Positions 36,320 to 49,686 of a stretch of DNA of 64,000 nucleotides are shown here, piece by piece. Each line of letters begins with the position of its first letter. The first letter of the stretch is position 1. The stretch covers positions 24,180,001 through 24,244,000 of the forward strand of contig CM126209.1 of assembly GCA_052327205.1 (NCBI GenBank), read 5' to 3'. Source of the DNA: Somniosus microcephalus. Taxonomy: Eukaryota. The position numbers were made by a program, and so were the translations under genes. The notes beneath the pieces are model-generated. The model was not told where the DNA came from and did no database searches. It saw nothing but the letters and a program-made list of their open reading frames with translations.

Positions 36320-37638
36320 ATTAAACCCCAGATCCCCGTTGCTCACCATATCCCCATCATCCCATCCCTGTCGCAGGCCATATCACAGTGCAAAGCTGAA
36401 ATGAGAGACACCACAAAATAATCCAAACTGAATTAATAAATTTATCAATAATCAGTTAACACATATTTACAACAACAATATTAACTATTCACTCTTGTAC
36501 AATCCCTTAGTGCCTCTCGTTACTGTGCCTTTGCCTACTCTGGTGCTCCTTCGATGTGTTGGCCCAGTGGCTGCAGCAGGGCTGGTGGGGTGTCCGTGCG
36601 GGAGACTTCAGATGGCCTTGCAGGACGCCCTCGAACAGCTCTGGGCCTGGAAGACCCGGCATTAGACTGCACCACCTCAGCATGGGCGGCAGCAGTCTGG
36701 GCTGGCTAGATGACAGGCAGCGACAAGGGCAATGGCGGTGTGCCAGTGGTGGGAACAGGAATGCTGTCATCCTGAGAGAGGGCAGCAGGTTCCTGCTCCA
36801 CTGACCCACTGCCACTCCCCCGACCCACTGCCACTCCCCCGGAGCAGCACCTCAGCATCCCTAGCAATCTGTTGCAGCAGAGATTGCTGGCCTGCTGCGA
36901 CACCGTGAAAGCCCCAGTCGACAGTGGTAGGCCCAGCCATGATGGCAGCAGTCAGAGCTTGCGTGGCATCAAGCTGAGACTGCATGAGAGCAGTCTGAGA
37001 TTGAATAGTGTAGTGTATGTGCCTTTAAGAGCCCCAGGTGTGCTGTAATGCCGGTAATTGCCACTCGGGCTATATAAGCCTGTATATTGTGTATATCCAT
37101 TAGAAACCCCCCCCCAGACTTTGCTTAGTAAATACCTATGAACCAACTCCTGTCTTCAGGGTCTTTATCAACACATGGACACTACAGTGGCGACGAAGTG
37201 GAAACGGACTTACCTGCAATTCGGCAGCACCTCAAGGACATCGATTCCTCGGGCGTCCAGAAAACTCAAGGAAGTGAGAGAAGCTGTGTTTTCACCAGCT
37301 GGCCAAGCTGGTGGCAGGTACTGCGCTAATCCTTCCTGGGCATCAGGCTGGGGCTCCAGCGGCTGGCTCTACAGCTGAGACAGGCAGCAAAATCGGAGGC
37401 AAGCAATAATGGACTGGGAGGGAGCACTTGGGAGACGGCCGGCGCGGCAAGCAGGTCAGCGTTCAGACCTGGAGAGAAACTCCGGCGGGAACGAGTCTCG
37501 GGCAGTAAATTAAAAAAAAACGGAAACCGCAGTAAACAGCGTTGTCATCGGCAGCAGTGGCGGGAAAGCGCGGGAAGCGCCATATCTTTGCTGCAGAAAA
37601 GAAAAAAAAAGCGCAGGAAGCGCCATATCTTTTCTGAA

Positions 37639-40600
37639 ATGCCTAAGCCTGGCAATATTGATGCTTTTGATAGCGAAATAGAGGATTGGACCACATACGT
37701 GGAAAGAGTAGAGGTATATTGCACTGCAAATGGAATAGAAGATGAAAAAAAAGCTTCAGTACTTCTGAACTTAATGGGCGCAAAGGCATACGGGCTGTTA
37801 CGAAATTTAATCACTCCAGCCAAACCAAAGGACAAGAATTTTAAAGAAATTGTTGATACCCTGCAGGAGCACTTAAACCCAACACCGCTGCTGATAGCAG
37901 AATGATTCAAGTTCTTCAAGAGAAATCAACACAAGAATGAAAGTAACGCTGATTACCTAACCGAATTAAGAAAGCTATCAAAGTACTGCCAATTCGGGGC
38001 AGGACTATCAGATTATCTTCGAGACAAATTCGTTTGCCGTCTCTTAAGTGAAGGAACACAAAAAAGGCTGCTTTCTGAAAAAGATTTAACATTGGACAAA
38101 GCTTTCAGTATGGCTGTATCATATGAAGCAGCAGCAAGAGGAGCTGCAGAGATACAACAAAAGACACAGGACTTCGGCACCCATGAAATGACTGATGCGC
38201 TATCAATTACTCAAAAGACTGAGGTTAAGCGAGTAACTAACAGGCTTTTATTAACAAGAGAATGAAGGTGTGCCTCGAGTGGTCGACCAGTCCAGAATAC
38301 AGAGGGACTGTGGAGCAGTCACCTTTATACCTGGACTCGTGGGAGGAGTCAGCCGAGGCATGTACAGACATGTACACAGTGGAATACAAACACCCACACA
38401 GGCAGGTATAACAGTGGTTTACCACAATGACACAGGGTTTCGAAAGATGTTATCGCTGCGGCAGATCCACCCATAACCAGAGGGACTGCTGGTTCAAGGA
38501 CAAAGCATGCAGGCAATGCGGAAAAATTGGACACATTGCACGGGTATGCCGATCTGGACAAAATAAATCCACAGACAGAAAAAAAAAAATCAATAAAGAA
38601 AAGTACAGGAAGGTACAAATGATGACGGACAGTAGCTCCGAAGACCAGAAGAGCGATAACGACTTCGAAAACAAGTACATAATGTACTTGCCAAAGATGA
38701 TTACCAAACCATTTGGGTTACCCTCACGATAGCAGGGTCCCCAGTTAAAATGGAGCTAGATACAGGATCAGCTCTAACCATAATAAATCGACGGGATTAC
38801 GAGAGGCTATTTTCGCATATACCTCTAAAAGACACATCCATTATCTTAAAAACATATACGGGGCAGAAAGTATACCCCAAAGGAAAAATAAAGGTGCCTG
38901 TTGTATACAACGGCAAAGAAATACAAAAGTTGTATTTATACATTCTACAAGATGGTGGTCCACCGTTGTTGGGACGTGAATGGATCAGAAAGATACGTTT
39001 AGACTGGCACTCCATTCAGGCACTGACGGTGACCAGTAAGAAAAAAAAACAATGATGACATCATACCTGAACGATTAAAAGACATCTTGGCCAACGCCAA
39101 AGAAGTGTTTCAAGAGAAACTAGGAACCTTGAAAGGCATCACCGCCTCAATAAAAGTGGAAGATGCAGCAATTCCCAAATTTTTTAAGGCAAGACCGGTG
39201 CCATACGCAATACGTCCAGCAGTCGAGGCAGAGCTGGAGAATTTGGAAAAAGCAGGTGCATTATCCAAAATAGATTGGAGCGAGTGGGCAACACCCATCG
39301 TTCCAGTCATGAAAAAAGCATTGAATAAAGATAAATCTGAAGAACAGAGAAAAATTCGCATCTGTGGAGACTTCAAGGTGACTGTAAACCCGGTCCTTCA
39401 CACGGTACAGTATCCTCTTCCGAGGATAGAAGATATTTTCGCCTCACTATCCGGAGGGAAACGTTTCACCAAAATTGACTTGGCACAGGCATATCTACAG
39501 ATGGAGGTTGAGGAGGGCTCTAAAAAGTATCTCACGATAAACACACACAAAGGCCTGTACCAGTACAATCGACTGGTTTTTGGAGTAGCATCAGCTCCAG
39601 CTATCTGGCAAAGAGCTATGGAGCAAGCCCTGCAAGGGATTCCGGGCACTCAATGCTACCTAGACGACATCCTTGTAACAGGAGAAAACGACAACGAGCA
39701 CCTTGCCAATTTGGAGTAGGTGCTCACTAGGCTGAAAGAACGGGGCCTACGAGCGAATCGCCCCAAGTGCGAATTTTTCCAAAATCAGATATCATATTGT
39801 GGCTACATAATTAATAATGAAGGGTTGCATAAGTCACCTGAAAAAATTGAAGCGGTCATAAAAGCCCCAGCACCTGAAAATGTTTCACAATTAAGGTCGT
39901 TCCTGGGATTAATAAATTACTATCATAAATTTTTACCGAACTTATCAACTCTTCTACACCCTCTTAATGAACTTCTACAAACAGGAGTGATTTGGAAATG
40001 GAACGAAGACTGTAAACATGCCTTCCATAAATGCAAAGACTTAATCACATCCGAAGAAGTTTTGGCTCATTACAACCCATCACTGCCAATCAGACTTGCG
40101 TGCGATGCATCCCCTTACGGCATAGGAGCAGTATTATCCCATAAATTCCCTGATGGCTCAGAACGGCCGATAGATTTTGCGTCACGCTCATTAAACTCAG
40201 CTGAGCGTAACTATGCCCAAATCGACAGGGAAGCACTCAGCCTGGTATGGGGAGTGAAGAAATTCAACCATCACCTACACGGACAAAAATTTACCTTGTT
40301 GACTGACCATCAACCCCTCATCTCCATATTCAACCCAAAAAAAGGTGTTCCCATTATGACAGCGCAAAGGCTACAGAGGTGGTTCCTTTTTCTAGGGGCA
40401 CACCAATACAACATAGAATACAAAGGATCAAAACAGCATGGGAATGCTGACGGTTTATCACGCCTACCGTTGCCAACGGTAGAAGAGGCACCTACAGTAG
40501 ACCCAGTGGAGATGTTCCACTCTACCATAGTGGACTGTCTACCAGTAACAAATTCTGCCATTGAAAGGGAGACGAGAAATGACCCGACTCTCTCACGGGT

Positions 40601-41849
40601 CTACGATTTAACAGTGAAGGGATGGCCAGCACATGGCGAACCACTGTTGCCAGCATTCTCGCAAAGAAGAAAACAGCTGTCAGTGTGCCGAGGAACCTTG
40701 ATGTGTGGATCCAGAGTGGTAATTCCACCCAAACTCCAGGATAAAGTGCTAAAGGAGCTTCACGAGGGGCATCTGGGTGGAGTGAAAATGAAGAACCTAG
40801 CTAGGGCGTTTGTATGGTGGCCAGGTATCGATGGAGACATCGAAGAAATTACCAAGAGCTGCCTAGGATGCCAGAAGGTCCAAAACGCTCCACCACAAGC
40901 CCCTCTACATCCATGGGAGTGGCCCTCATCTCCCTGGCAAAGGGTGCACATCGACTTTGCTGGTCCATTTATGGACTCAATGTTCTTAATCGCGGTTGAT
41001 GCATACTCCAAATGGCCGGAGGTAATAAAGATGTCCTCCACCACCACGGAAAAAACCATCACAGTATTAAGGACCATATTTGCCAGGAATGGGCTGCCGG
41101 AACAGATATGTTCTGATAATGGACCGCAATTTGTGTCCGAAGAATTCAGAAAGTTCTTAAAAAACAATGGGGTTAAGCACTACACGTCCGCCCCATACCA
41201 TCCCGCCACCAATGGATTGGCTGAAAGGTTTGTCCAGACCTTTAAGAAGGCCATAAAGGCCATGGGTAATGAAGACATAAAACTTCAGCACAAGGTGGAT
41301 AACTTCTTATTCGCATACAGGAATGCAACACATATGGTTACCAACCAAACTCCCGCCATGATGTTCTTCAATAGAAACCTAAGATGCCGGCTGGATTTGG
41401 TCAAGCCCAACATCAGAAGGGACGTGGAGAACCGGCAGTTTCAAGGCATGAATGAAAGGCCAACTAGAACCTTCCAGATAGGTCAACAAGTTTTGGCCCG
41501 GGACTACCGTACCGAGAAATGGCAGCCTGGAACTATCTGCACACGACTAGGACCACTGATGTATACCGTGGACATCGGAGAAAGCATAATAAGGCGCCAT
41601 GCTGACCAAATCATAAAGTCATCCGAAAAGGGACAACCTACACCACAACTCTATACATCTAACGATGAAGTAGAGATACCCATATCTACCTCCGATCCGG
41701 TGATACTGGAACCCGATGAACCCGACACTGGCATGCAAGCCAAATCAGCCTTGCCAGAAGAACCTACTACACCACCAGAAACTACTACACCCCCGAGGCG
41801 TTATCCGGACCGAGTCAGGAAGCCTCCTGAGAGACTGACTTATAATTAA
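37639..41849 (+). pseudogene. gag-pol, disrupted (stops, frameshifts, solo-LTR insertion)
   Basis: Protein nearly identical to 20957-24946; the RH-IN part 39720-41849 is open for 709 aa. Confidence 0.92.
38193..38426 (-). mobile_element. Solo LTR inserted in the gag of Gypsy-B copy 2
   Basis: TG..CA ends, TSD ATGAC, absent from copy 1; minus strand has TATAAA and TTAATAAAAGCC, and ends ..attgatagcgcatca. Confidence 0.88.
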
Positions 41850-43879
41850 TTAACTACAGCAATGTATATTATTTTGCTTATAACATGTAATTAATAATTA
41901 CTTAAAATATGATGTACTGGTTAGCTAAAAGGGGAGGAATCGTAGTGTATGTGCCTTTAAGAGCCCCAGGTGTGCTGTAATGCCGGTAATTGCCACTCGG
42001 GCTATATAAGCCTGTATATTGTGTATATCCGTTAGAAACCCCCCCCCCCAGACTTTGCTTAGTAAATACCTATGAACCAACTCCTGTCTTCAGTGTCTTT
42101 ATCAACACACGGACACTACAAATAGCACCAACCATAGACTGCATTACAGCACTAAGACGTTGCATCGCTTCCGCCTATGCTGCAATGGAAGCTGCTAGAT
42201 CGCCTATCACAAGCGGCATCAAGTCTGGGTCACCACGGTCTCTCTGGGAGTCGACCATCCTTTGCAGATTGGAAATGATGGGCTCCATAGTGTGCGCAGA
42301 GCTTTGTGCAATGTTGGAGGCGGATTCCTCCATGCTCCTTACCATTGTCGACAGGGTCTCAGGCACCCTTGCATTGCACCTACCATCTCCGTGTGCATGC
42401 CCATCACCCTTCTTCTAAAGGCCTCCCCATTGAGGTCCTCATCTGAGCCCTGTGCAGCAGAACTTGCGCGCGAACTCGCCCTCCGGGGTGCTGGCCCCCG
42501 AGCTACCCTTTCCCCCTGGCCTTGCTGCAGCCCACTCGTCCCTGGTGCATCACCTGTGCAGATCCCGCTACTATACTAGCCTCTAAAGAACGTGTAGTGC
42601 CAGTATCTGCACTGGTACCTGTGGGTGAGACATGCAGTGACGCGGTGTGTTCTCCCTCCTCCTCTTCTCATGCCTCGCTCTCAATGGTGCTCTCAGGGAC
42701 AGGCTGTTCTGTGCTTTCTCATTATCTGAAAGCATAATGGCACAAGAGTCAGGTTAAGGTGAGGGGAGCGGGGACAGGAAGGAAGAAATGCATGCATACA
42801 GCATGATTAGCTGGAAAGTGCGAAAGGCTTGTGGGGTGAGGGTGAAGTGGGATATGAGAAGAAGGAGTAGGGATGAACATTCCGTTGTTGTCCCCAAGGG
42901 GGTCAACGTCACCGGTGACCACGGCGCCCACCACCTGGCACCCAATAGTCTCCAGCACTCTATTTTCCAGCACAGACAGTGGTTGGGTGTCAGCTTGTCC
43001 CCCGCCTGTGACCTCCTGCTCCCTCCTGTTGTGAGCCACCTTGGCCTGCAAGAGAAAGGGAAGTGTGTGAATGAGTGTGGAGCAATGTGTCTGGGTGATG
43101 TGCCTGCCATAGTTGAATAGCTGTCATTGTGTGCAAGGTGTGAGATGTGGGTGTGAATGTTGGTAGGTAGAGATTGTAGGTGGGTGAGTGCTGGGGGTGT
43201 GGTGCTTTGGCCAGCGTGTGCAGACTGTGGTTCAGACGGTGGTATGTAGCATTTGTTGAAGCATTGAGTTACCCTGACCACCCGAGTGAGGTTGTTAAAT
43301 TTCTTCCTGCATTGTATGTGGGTCCTGGGGACCACAGTGCTGCCCGAGACATGCTGGGCAACCTCCCTCCACATTGCACGGAAGACTTGCGGCGAGGGCC
43401 TCCTGCCACTTGCTGGGTAAAGCACCGTCCTTCGTTTCTCCACAGCGGACACCAACTCCTCCAATACTTGGTCCAAAAATCTACCGGCTCTCTCTCTAGG
43501 GCGTGGATCTGCCATCATGACACCTGCTTGAGTCGTACGGCTCTTTGGGCTTGGCCTGCTCCTGCTTGCTGATACAGGTTCAGCCAGCACTGCTGAGAAT
43601 GAGGTTCTGCAGCATCAATGAACCTGCCCTTTAAGAACTGGAAAGAACCTGTGGGAATGAGGAGTGCGATTAGACTGCACCTGATATTGGTTAGCGCTTT
43701 GAGTATAGTGCCACTGAGCCAGGAGCTAGGCCATTAGCACTTGATTTAGCTCTCCAATCCTTTCTTTGAGCGACGAGACACAATTTTGCGTGCAGCAAGA
43801 TTCATTAGCTTCTGGCGCTAAATCTCAAACTTTTCAAAAGTTACCGCCCATTCCTGGGCTATAATTAATTGCTCCCCCA

Positions 43880-44680
43880 TAAGTTTTAGGGAGGCATTTG
43901 AAGGAGGGGAGTGGGGTGGCAAAGCAAAGGAGATTAGGAAGAGAGACCCAGACTGTAGGACCAAGACAGCTGAAGGTTCTGGGTCAGAAGGAGGGCGGTA
44001 GGAGGAATCAGATGCGGTTAGAGTCAGAGAGCAGAGGATGTGTGCTGGCATGTAGGATAGAGTGGGGCTGTCGTGCAGGCATAGTTAAATGAGGATTTTG
44101 AATTCAATGCAGTGGACAGATGGGAAGCTGATCCGATACCTGATGTTGAACAAACAGACAGCACATTGGTGGTCGTGGAATCAAAGATGGTGGTGGAGAA
44201 ATAGAGCTGGTCATCATCAGCCTCCAGTGACCGCCAACCCCCCACCCCCCCCCCCCGCTGCATATGGAAGCTGACCCCTTGCCTGCAGATGATCTCACTG
44301 AGCCGCAGCATGTCGAAAAAGAATAAGAGGGTGTCAGGGATGGAGCCATGCAGAGGTAGGAGGAAAGGTCACTGCAGGAAATATGCTGGCCGCATTGGGG
44401 CAGATGGGAGGGGAACCAAGCAAAAGCTGGGGCATGGAGGTGGACCATGGAAGAGAGATGGTGGGAGATGGATGGAGTGATTGAGCATATCAAGGAAAGA
44501 TCAAGGAGGACAAGGGAGGATAGTGTGCCACAGCCTCAGTCACAGAGATGTTATTGGTGACTTTCATTGTGAGCAGGACTAAATGGATCCAAACAGAGAA
44601 AGATAGGAAAGGTGCATGTGGAAATAGTGACGCATTTGAGGATTTTTGAGAAGAATAGGCGGTTAGAGATGGATGGAAGA
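43880..44680 (-). mobile_element. Degraded L2-type LINE fragment
   Basis: gagggaggcatttgaagg..agctgaaggttct..ggagtgattgagc..ggtgactttca pattern, as in L2 RT antisense. Confidence 0.5.
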
Positions 44681-45569
44681 GGAGAGTGTGATGATGGCAA
44701 TTTTCAAGGCGGGGGGGAGGGGGGTGGTGTGGTGGGATTGGTAATAATGCAATATTATTTTATCTCTAACAGGGGATTTCCAATAAATGATAAGAGAACA
44801 TAAACTCTCCCACTAAGCTCCTGATAATATCTATTATATGGCAACAGCAGGAAATTCTGCAAAACTTATACAAACAACTGAGCTAGCTGTACTCCATCTG
44901 TAAATGAACAATCTAATCATTAAGCACTTGTCATAAAGGAGTATTGTATCTGCTTTCAAATCATACTCTGAATATTGACTTTGTTTAAAGTATTTGCACC
45001 TGTTAATCCAGTAATGGATCAGTTGTTGCACTGCTTACAAATCATGCCCACAAAATAGCAAAATTAGCCGAATGCTCCTCTACCTCACAGTGTTGCTGGA
45101 GATGGCAGCCATGATTCTGGCGCTAGCCCTCTGATTTGAGAAAAGTGGATGGTATAACTATGGTCGCTTGCTGACAACAATCTTAGGGATATCCTGGATA
45201 GCTCGGTGCAGTTTAAACTGTTGCTAGAAACTAGCAAATGATTCGACAGAGATCTGATGTGTGAGTGAGAGAACATGAAGATTGTCGGCATCAGGAACTT
45301 GAGAGATACTCGAATTAATGGGAACATGGGTTTAAACTTGTGTGACCCCTGAGGCTCCATGGTATGCAACCCAAGACGACAGAAGCGTGAACACTGCATT
45401 ACTGACCTGTTATAGTGGAAGAACATCAAGTACTCTGCATCTGTGTTTGTCAACTAATACCTTTTATTTGATGCTTGAAGCACAAACCTCCTGACGATAC
45501 AGGGCTATTAAAAGAGCCCCCTACCGTTATTGTTTGCACACAAATGCTAGAAATCTCCCTCGGGCATTC

Positions 45570-45822
45570 TACCATTGGTGGCTGTGCCTTCAGCTGCCAA
45601 GGCCCTAAGCTCTGGAATTCTCTCCCTAAACTTCCCCGCCTCTTTTTCCTCCTTTAAGACACTCCTTAAAACCTACCTCTTTGACCAAGCTTTTGGTCCA
45701 CCTGCCCTAATTTCTCCTTTTGCGGCTCGGTGTCAAGTTTCGTTTGTTAACGCTCCTGTGAAGTGCCTTGGGATATTTTACTACGTTAAAGGCGCTATAT
45801 AAATACAATTTGTTGTTGTTGT
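45570..45822 (+). mobile_element. L2-type LINE 3' tail
   Basis: Same sequence as 27742-27980, ending tataaataca..(ttg)n. Confidence 0.75.
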
Positions 45823-46346
45823 TCTACCGATCAGGTGCCGTAACTTTGGAAGAAGATCAGCAGATAGGCCGTCTACATATGCAAATTGGGATCCCTCCGA
45901 AGTTAGGGCGGCAATCGGGAGACCCCCCCCCGCACCCCCCGCAAGGAAATTCTCGGTGACAGACACCCACTCAGATAATGCTGCACTGTTGCGATGTTTT
46001 AATATCGTTTCTGGTATCCTTCTGTGGACAAACCCTGTTGGAAGAGGTTTGCAAATGCCTATAATGAGGATATGTAGAAACCAATCACATTTGATTATTT
46101 TAGTGAATTATTTAAATGTTAATGAGGTGAGACGTTTCACCTTCTGTGTTGCCTGATGTCATGCTTTATAGATAAACAAAGAATTTGCAATTATAAAGGG
46201 CCTTTCACATCCTCAAGACATCCCAAAGCAGTTTGCAGCCAATAGATTACTTTTGAAACCTGGTCACTATTGTTTTTTAGGCAAATATGGCAGATAATTT
46301 GTGCATATGAGGTTTTGCAAATAGATAAGGTAAATGACCAGTTAAT

Positions 46347-47075
46347 GGGCCAGAAATTCAGGTCGGGGGCTTCCCGCTGGTGCAAGCCCCCAACCTGCAC
46401 TTACCTAGCGCGCCTGCCATTGTGCCCGCGTGGGATTCCAATCCTGGGCCTCCTCCAGCTGCCGGTGCGCAGCGCCCAGGGGCGCAGTTAGTTCAATGCG
46501 TCCCCTGGGATCACGTGGACCATGGAGAGCCAATCGTAGCAGGGAATCTCTATTCATAGATTTGACCTGTCAAATCTATGAATAGAGATCGGCCCCAAAA
46601 CCTAACTAAAGCTTCAAATAAATTTTTTAAAAAAACACATTTTTAAAATAACTATAAATTACATAAAATAACTATTTTAAACAATAATTTAAATTTTTGA
46701 AAAAATGAATTACAGTTTTTAACGGGGCTAAAAATAAACTTACCTTTCTTTAAAGTATTTAAAAATAATAAACCTGTGGAAAAAATGTTTTAAGTTTACT
46801 TAATTCACCACTTACCTTGTTAAAAGCAGGCCTTGCGACTGCTTTTTAAAAGCATAGCTGCTGGAGACTTACCCTCCCTGAGAAACCTGTAAAAAAAAAC
46901 GGGTGTTCCAGGCATATGCACTGCCTCTCCGGCGCACGCGTTCGACCTGTGAACCCCTTCCTTCAAGGGAACAGAATTTCCGGTTTCCCGTGCATGCACG
47001 AAACCGGCACTTTCGTTGGCCCTACGCATGAGTACCCAGCACGTACTCACCCGTGGGGACCTAAATTTCTGGCCC
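46347..47075. mobile_element. Harbinger-type MITE family A, copy 2 (inside a DeuSINE)
   Basis: TIR GGGCCAGAAATT / AATTTCTGGCCC; flanks AAT/ATT; SINE pieces at ~46180-46346 and 47076-47197. Confidence 0.88.
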
Positions 47076-47850
47076 ATTCTGTTTTGTTTGAGGGCTGATA
47101 CCTAGGATCTTGGCTAGGATACCCTGCTCTCGTCAAAGAGTGCCATAGAATTCTTTACATCTACCTGCACAGACAGATGGAGGCCCCAGTTTAACACTGT
47201 AATGTATTAGCACATGGTTTGTCACATGGTTCAGTATGAGCATGCTCAGTTCGCTCTGGCCTGGTAAAGCAAGCACATGGACTAGCAACTCATTGTGTCT
47301 CTGTCCTTCATTTGTTCTACCCACATATATTTAATTTTTGGCGACGAGAATGGGATCCTAAAGACATTTTTAGGAATCATGGAAGGACACAGTGTTCAAC
47401 CTTTAAGGTGAATTTGTGACATCTAAACTGAATTTTTGCGATGTTTTACCGTTAATGCTGATGCCGAATCGTCTGTGATTTGCTTTCATGTGTATGTATA
47501 CACAGCAACAGTGGTGTTGATTCTCACAGGTACACAGGTAGCGTGCTGAGTCACTGTTCAACGGGATCAGGACAATCATGGCTGCGCCTACGGGATTCAT
47601 CGGAAGCCTCAGCATGTATGACCGAGCTCGCGAACCATTCAGTTCTTACACTGAGCGGATGGAGATGTTTTTTAAGGCCAATAACATTATTGAGACTGAA
47701 GGTGCAGATGAGAATGTTCAAGCTCAAAATAAAGTAATTCGTGAACGGAAAAAAGCAACTTTTCTAACGGAGATCGGGCCAGATGTCTACAGAACGTTGA
47801 CAAACCTACCCGTGCCAGGGAAAGCGAAGGATGAGTCGTTTGAAGACATT

Positions 47851-48696
47851 GGGCTGGATTTTGTGAATGGAGGTGAGTTGGAGGCGGGACTGCTGCTTGT
47901 CGTGTCAATGTCCCGCCTCCATCCTCACCTGACCAACCAGAGGAATTTTCCCCTGATTGAGCTTGTTAAGCCCGCCCTGCGGGCTCAGCAGGCCAATTAG
48001 GGAGGAAGTCACTGACAGAGCACGTCGATGTCTGGCGTGTTATCTGTCAAGACTTCTTGAAAGAAGAACTGTCAGCGTTTGACAGCTCTGTGAAGCTGTC
48101 AAACACTGACATTCTCTGTAGTTTGATGAGGCCTTGTGTTCAGGACTCATCAAACCTTTCAACTTTGTTAATTTCACATGGCTGTTGATTCGGAGATTCC
48201 AACAGCCAGTCTGTGAAATCGACAAGGAGGATGTCGGCTCTCCCGATCCAGCACGGCTGAAGGCTGTAGGAAGAAAACAAGGTAAGTGAACATTTTTTTA
48301 AACTTTTCACTCACCTTACATAGTTACCACTCCACACTTGCACCCATCACTCACCTCTACATCTTACTTCCAGGTGCCTCCGACTGCCGCAGACCTCCTT
48401 CACGTCTCCTCCAACCCGGCGGGGTTCTCCGAGGTCGGGAAGCCTTCACCTGTTACGGTAAAATGGCACTAATCCTTTTTTCTGCCTGTTAACTACCTGA
48501 TAACAGGCAGTTAAATGGATTAAATGCCTTTCTCGCCTCCAGGAGACAGGACCCGAAGCAGCATATCTTCCTGCCTCCTGGAAAAAGGGCACGGAGGCAG
48601 GATGGGGGCAGGTTTGCCATCTGCCCCCACTTTCTCCGAATTTACTGGCTGGCCCACCTCCATGCCCGCCTCCTCGGGGCTTGGAAAATCCAGCCC
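47851..48696. mobile_element. Harbinger-type MITE in the Gypsy-C gag
   Basis: TIR GGGCTGGATTTT / AAAATCCAGCCC, TSD ATT; gag reads ..FEDI|VEKL.. across it. Confidence 0.88.
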
Positions 48697-49686
48697 ATTG
48701 TCGAGAAACTCAAAGACCATTTCGACCCAAAGCCATTAGAATAGCAGAGAGCTATAAGTTTGGTACCAGAAACCAAAAACAAAGTGAAACCATCAGTGAG
48801 TACATTGTAGCTCTTCGAAACCTGTCTTTGTATTGTAACTTTGGCACATTTTTGGATCATGCAAAATTGCCCTATCTATGGAGATGGCATCTAAGAATGC
48901 TAGGGAGATCCGTCCAACTCAAGTGACTAGTGCAGCTGAGGTCTACAGTCACAAAGCCACCACCAAACCTAAAGCTGTGAGACCGGGTCAAAAGCATGTC
49001 GGTGAGAGCAGTTCAGTGAATTGTTATCGCTGCAATGGGAATCACTCACCACAGGCCTACCAATGCAGAAATGTGAAGTGTTTTCACTGCCAGAAGCAAG
49101 GCCTTATTTCAACAGCTTGCAGAGCTAGATCTTAAACACGAAGTAAGAACCATTCTAGTGGCAATGCAAAGCAGTGACAACAAAAGGGAATAGTTCACAA
49201 TATTGAAGTGAGTACTCCTGATGCTAAATAACTAGGCATATACAGTATCTATGCCACTAGTGGCAACACTAGCAGTCATGAGAAAGACTTCCGTACAAAA
49301 CATTTGATCAACGAGCAATATAGCAGACAGTTATGAGGGCATCACTGGGTATGATGCTCATATCGGCATCAAGTCCAACGCGAAGCCTGTCTATTGTAAG
49401 GCAAGGCTGGTCCCCTATGCATTGAAAAGTCAGGTGGAGGAAGAGCTGGTGAAGCTGAGAGAGAATGGAGTGCTAGTAAAAACTGACAAAAGTGAATGGG
49501 CTACCCCAATTGTGGTAGTGCCAAAGTAGACAAAACTGTACACTTGTGCTGTGACTACAAAGTTACTATCAACCAAGCAGTTGACAATGAGCAGTACCCG
49601 TTACCTACATCACAAGATTTGTATGCAGCACTCTCTGGGTCAGTTGAATGTTGACAAAGAGAGTCAACAGTATCTCATCATCAACA

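Larger units (their letters stand above)
37009..42120 (+). mobile_element. Ty3/Gypsy LTR retrotransposon (Gypsy-B copy 2)
   Basis: LTRs 37009-37186 and 41941-42120, TSD AATAG, PBS TGGCGACGA, PPT aaaaggggaggaa. Confidence 0.97.
36507..43519 (-). pseudogene. Harbinger Myb/SANT-like DNA-binding partner gene (multi-exon), split by Gypsy
   Basis: Exon 1 RERAGRFLDQVLEELV..RRTVLYP..WREVA..RTHIQCRKKFNNL with a GT donor at ~43272; exon 2 AKVAHNRRE..TGGG; the last exon continues on both sides of 37009-42120. Confidence 0.82.
34214..43878 (+). mobile_element. Two-gene PIF/Harbinger transposon interrupted by Gypsy-B copy 2
   Basis: Imperfect TIRs GGGGGGGAAATT / AATTGCTCCCCC; a plus-strand transposase converges on a minus-strand Myb/SANT gene. 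Confidence 0.85.

Noticed and set aside
35536-36349. Long Pro/Leu/Ser-rich and Arg/Gly-rich ORFs
   Set aside because: By-products of the stop-free purine minisatellite.
34716-43519. Host HARBI1/NAIF1/MSANTD genes
   Set aside because: Both ORFs are disrupted and enclosed by TIRs, so this is a transposon copy.
45390-45455. ITDLL*WKNIKYSASVF resembling the start of a reticulon domain
   Set aside because: Short, contains a stop, lies in a frame with many stops and has no following hydrophobic segment; probably chance.
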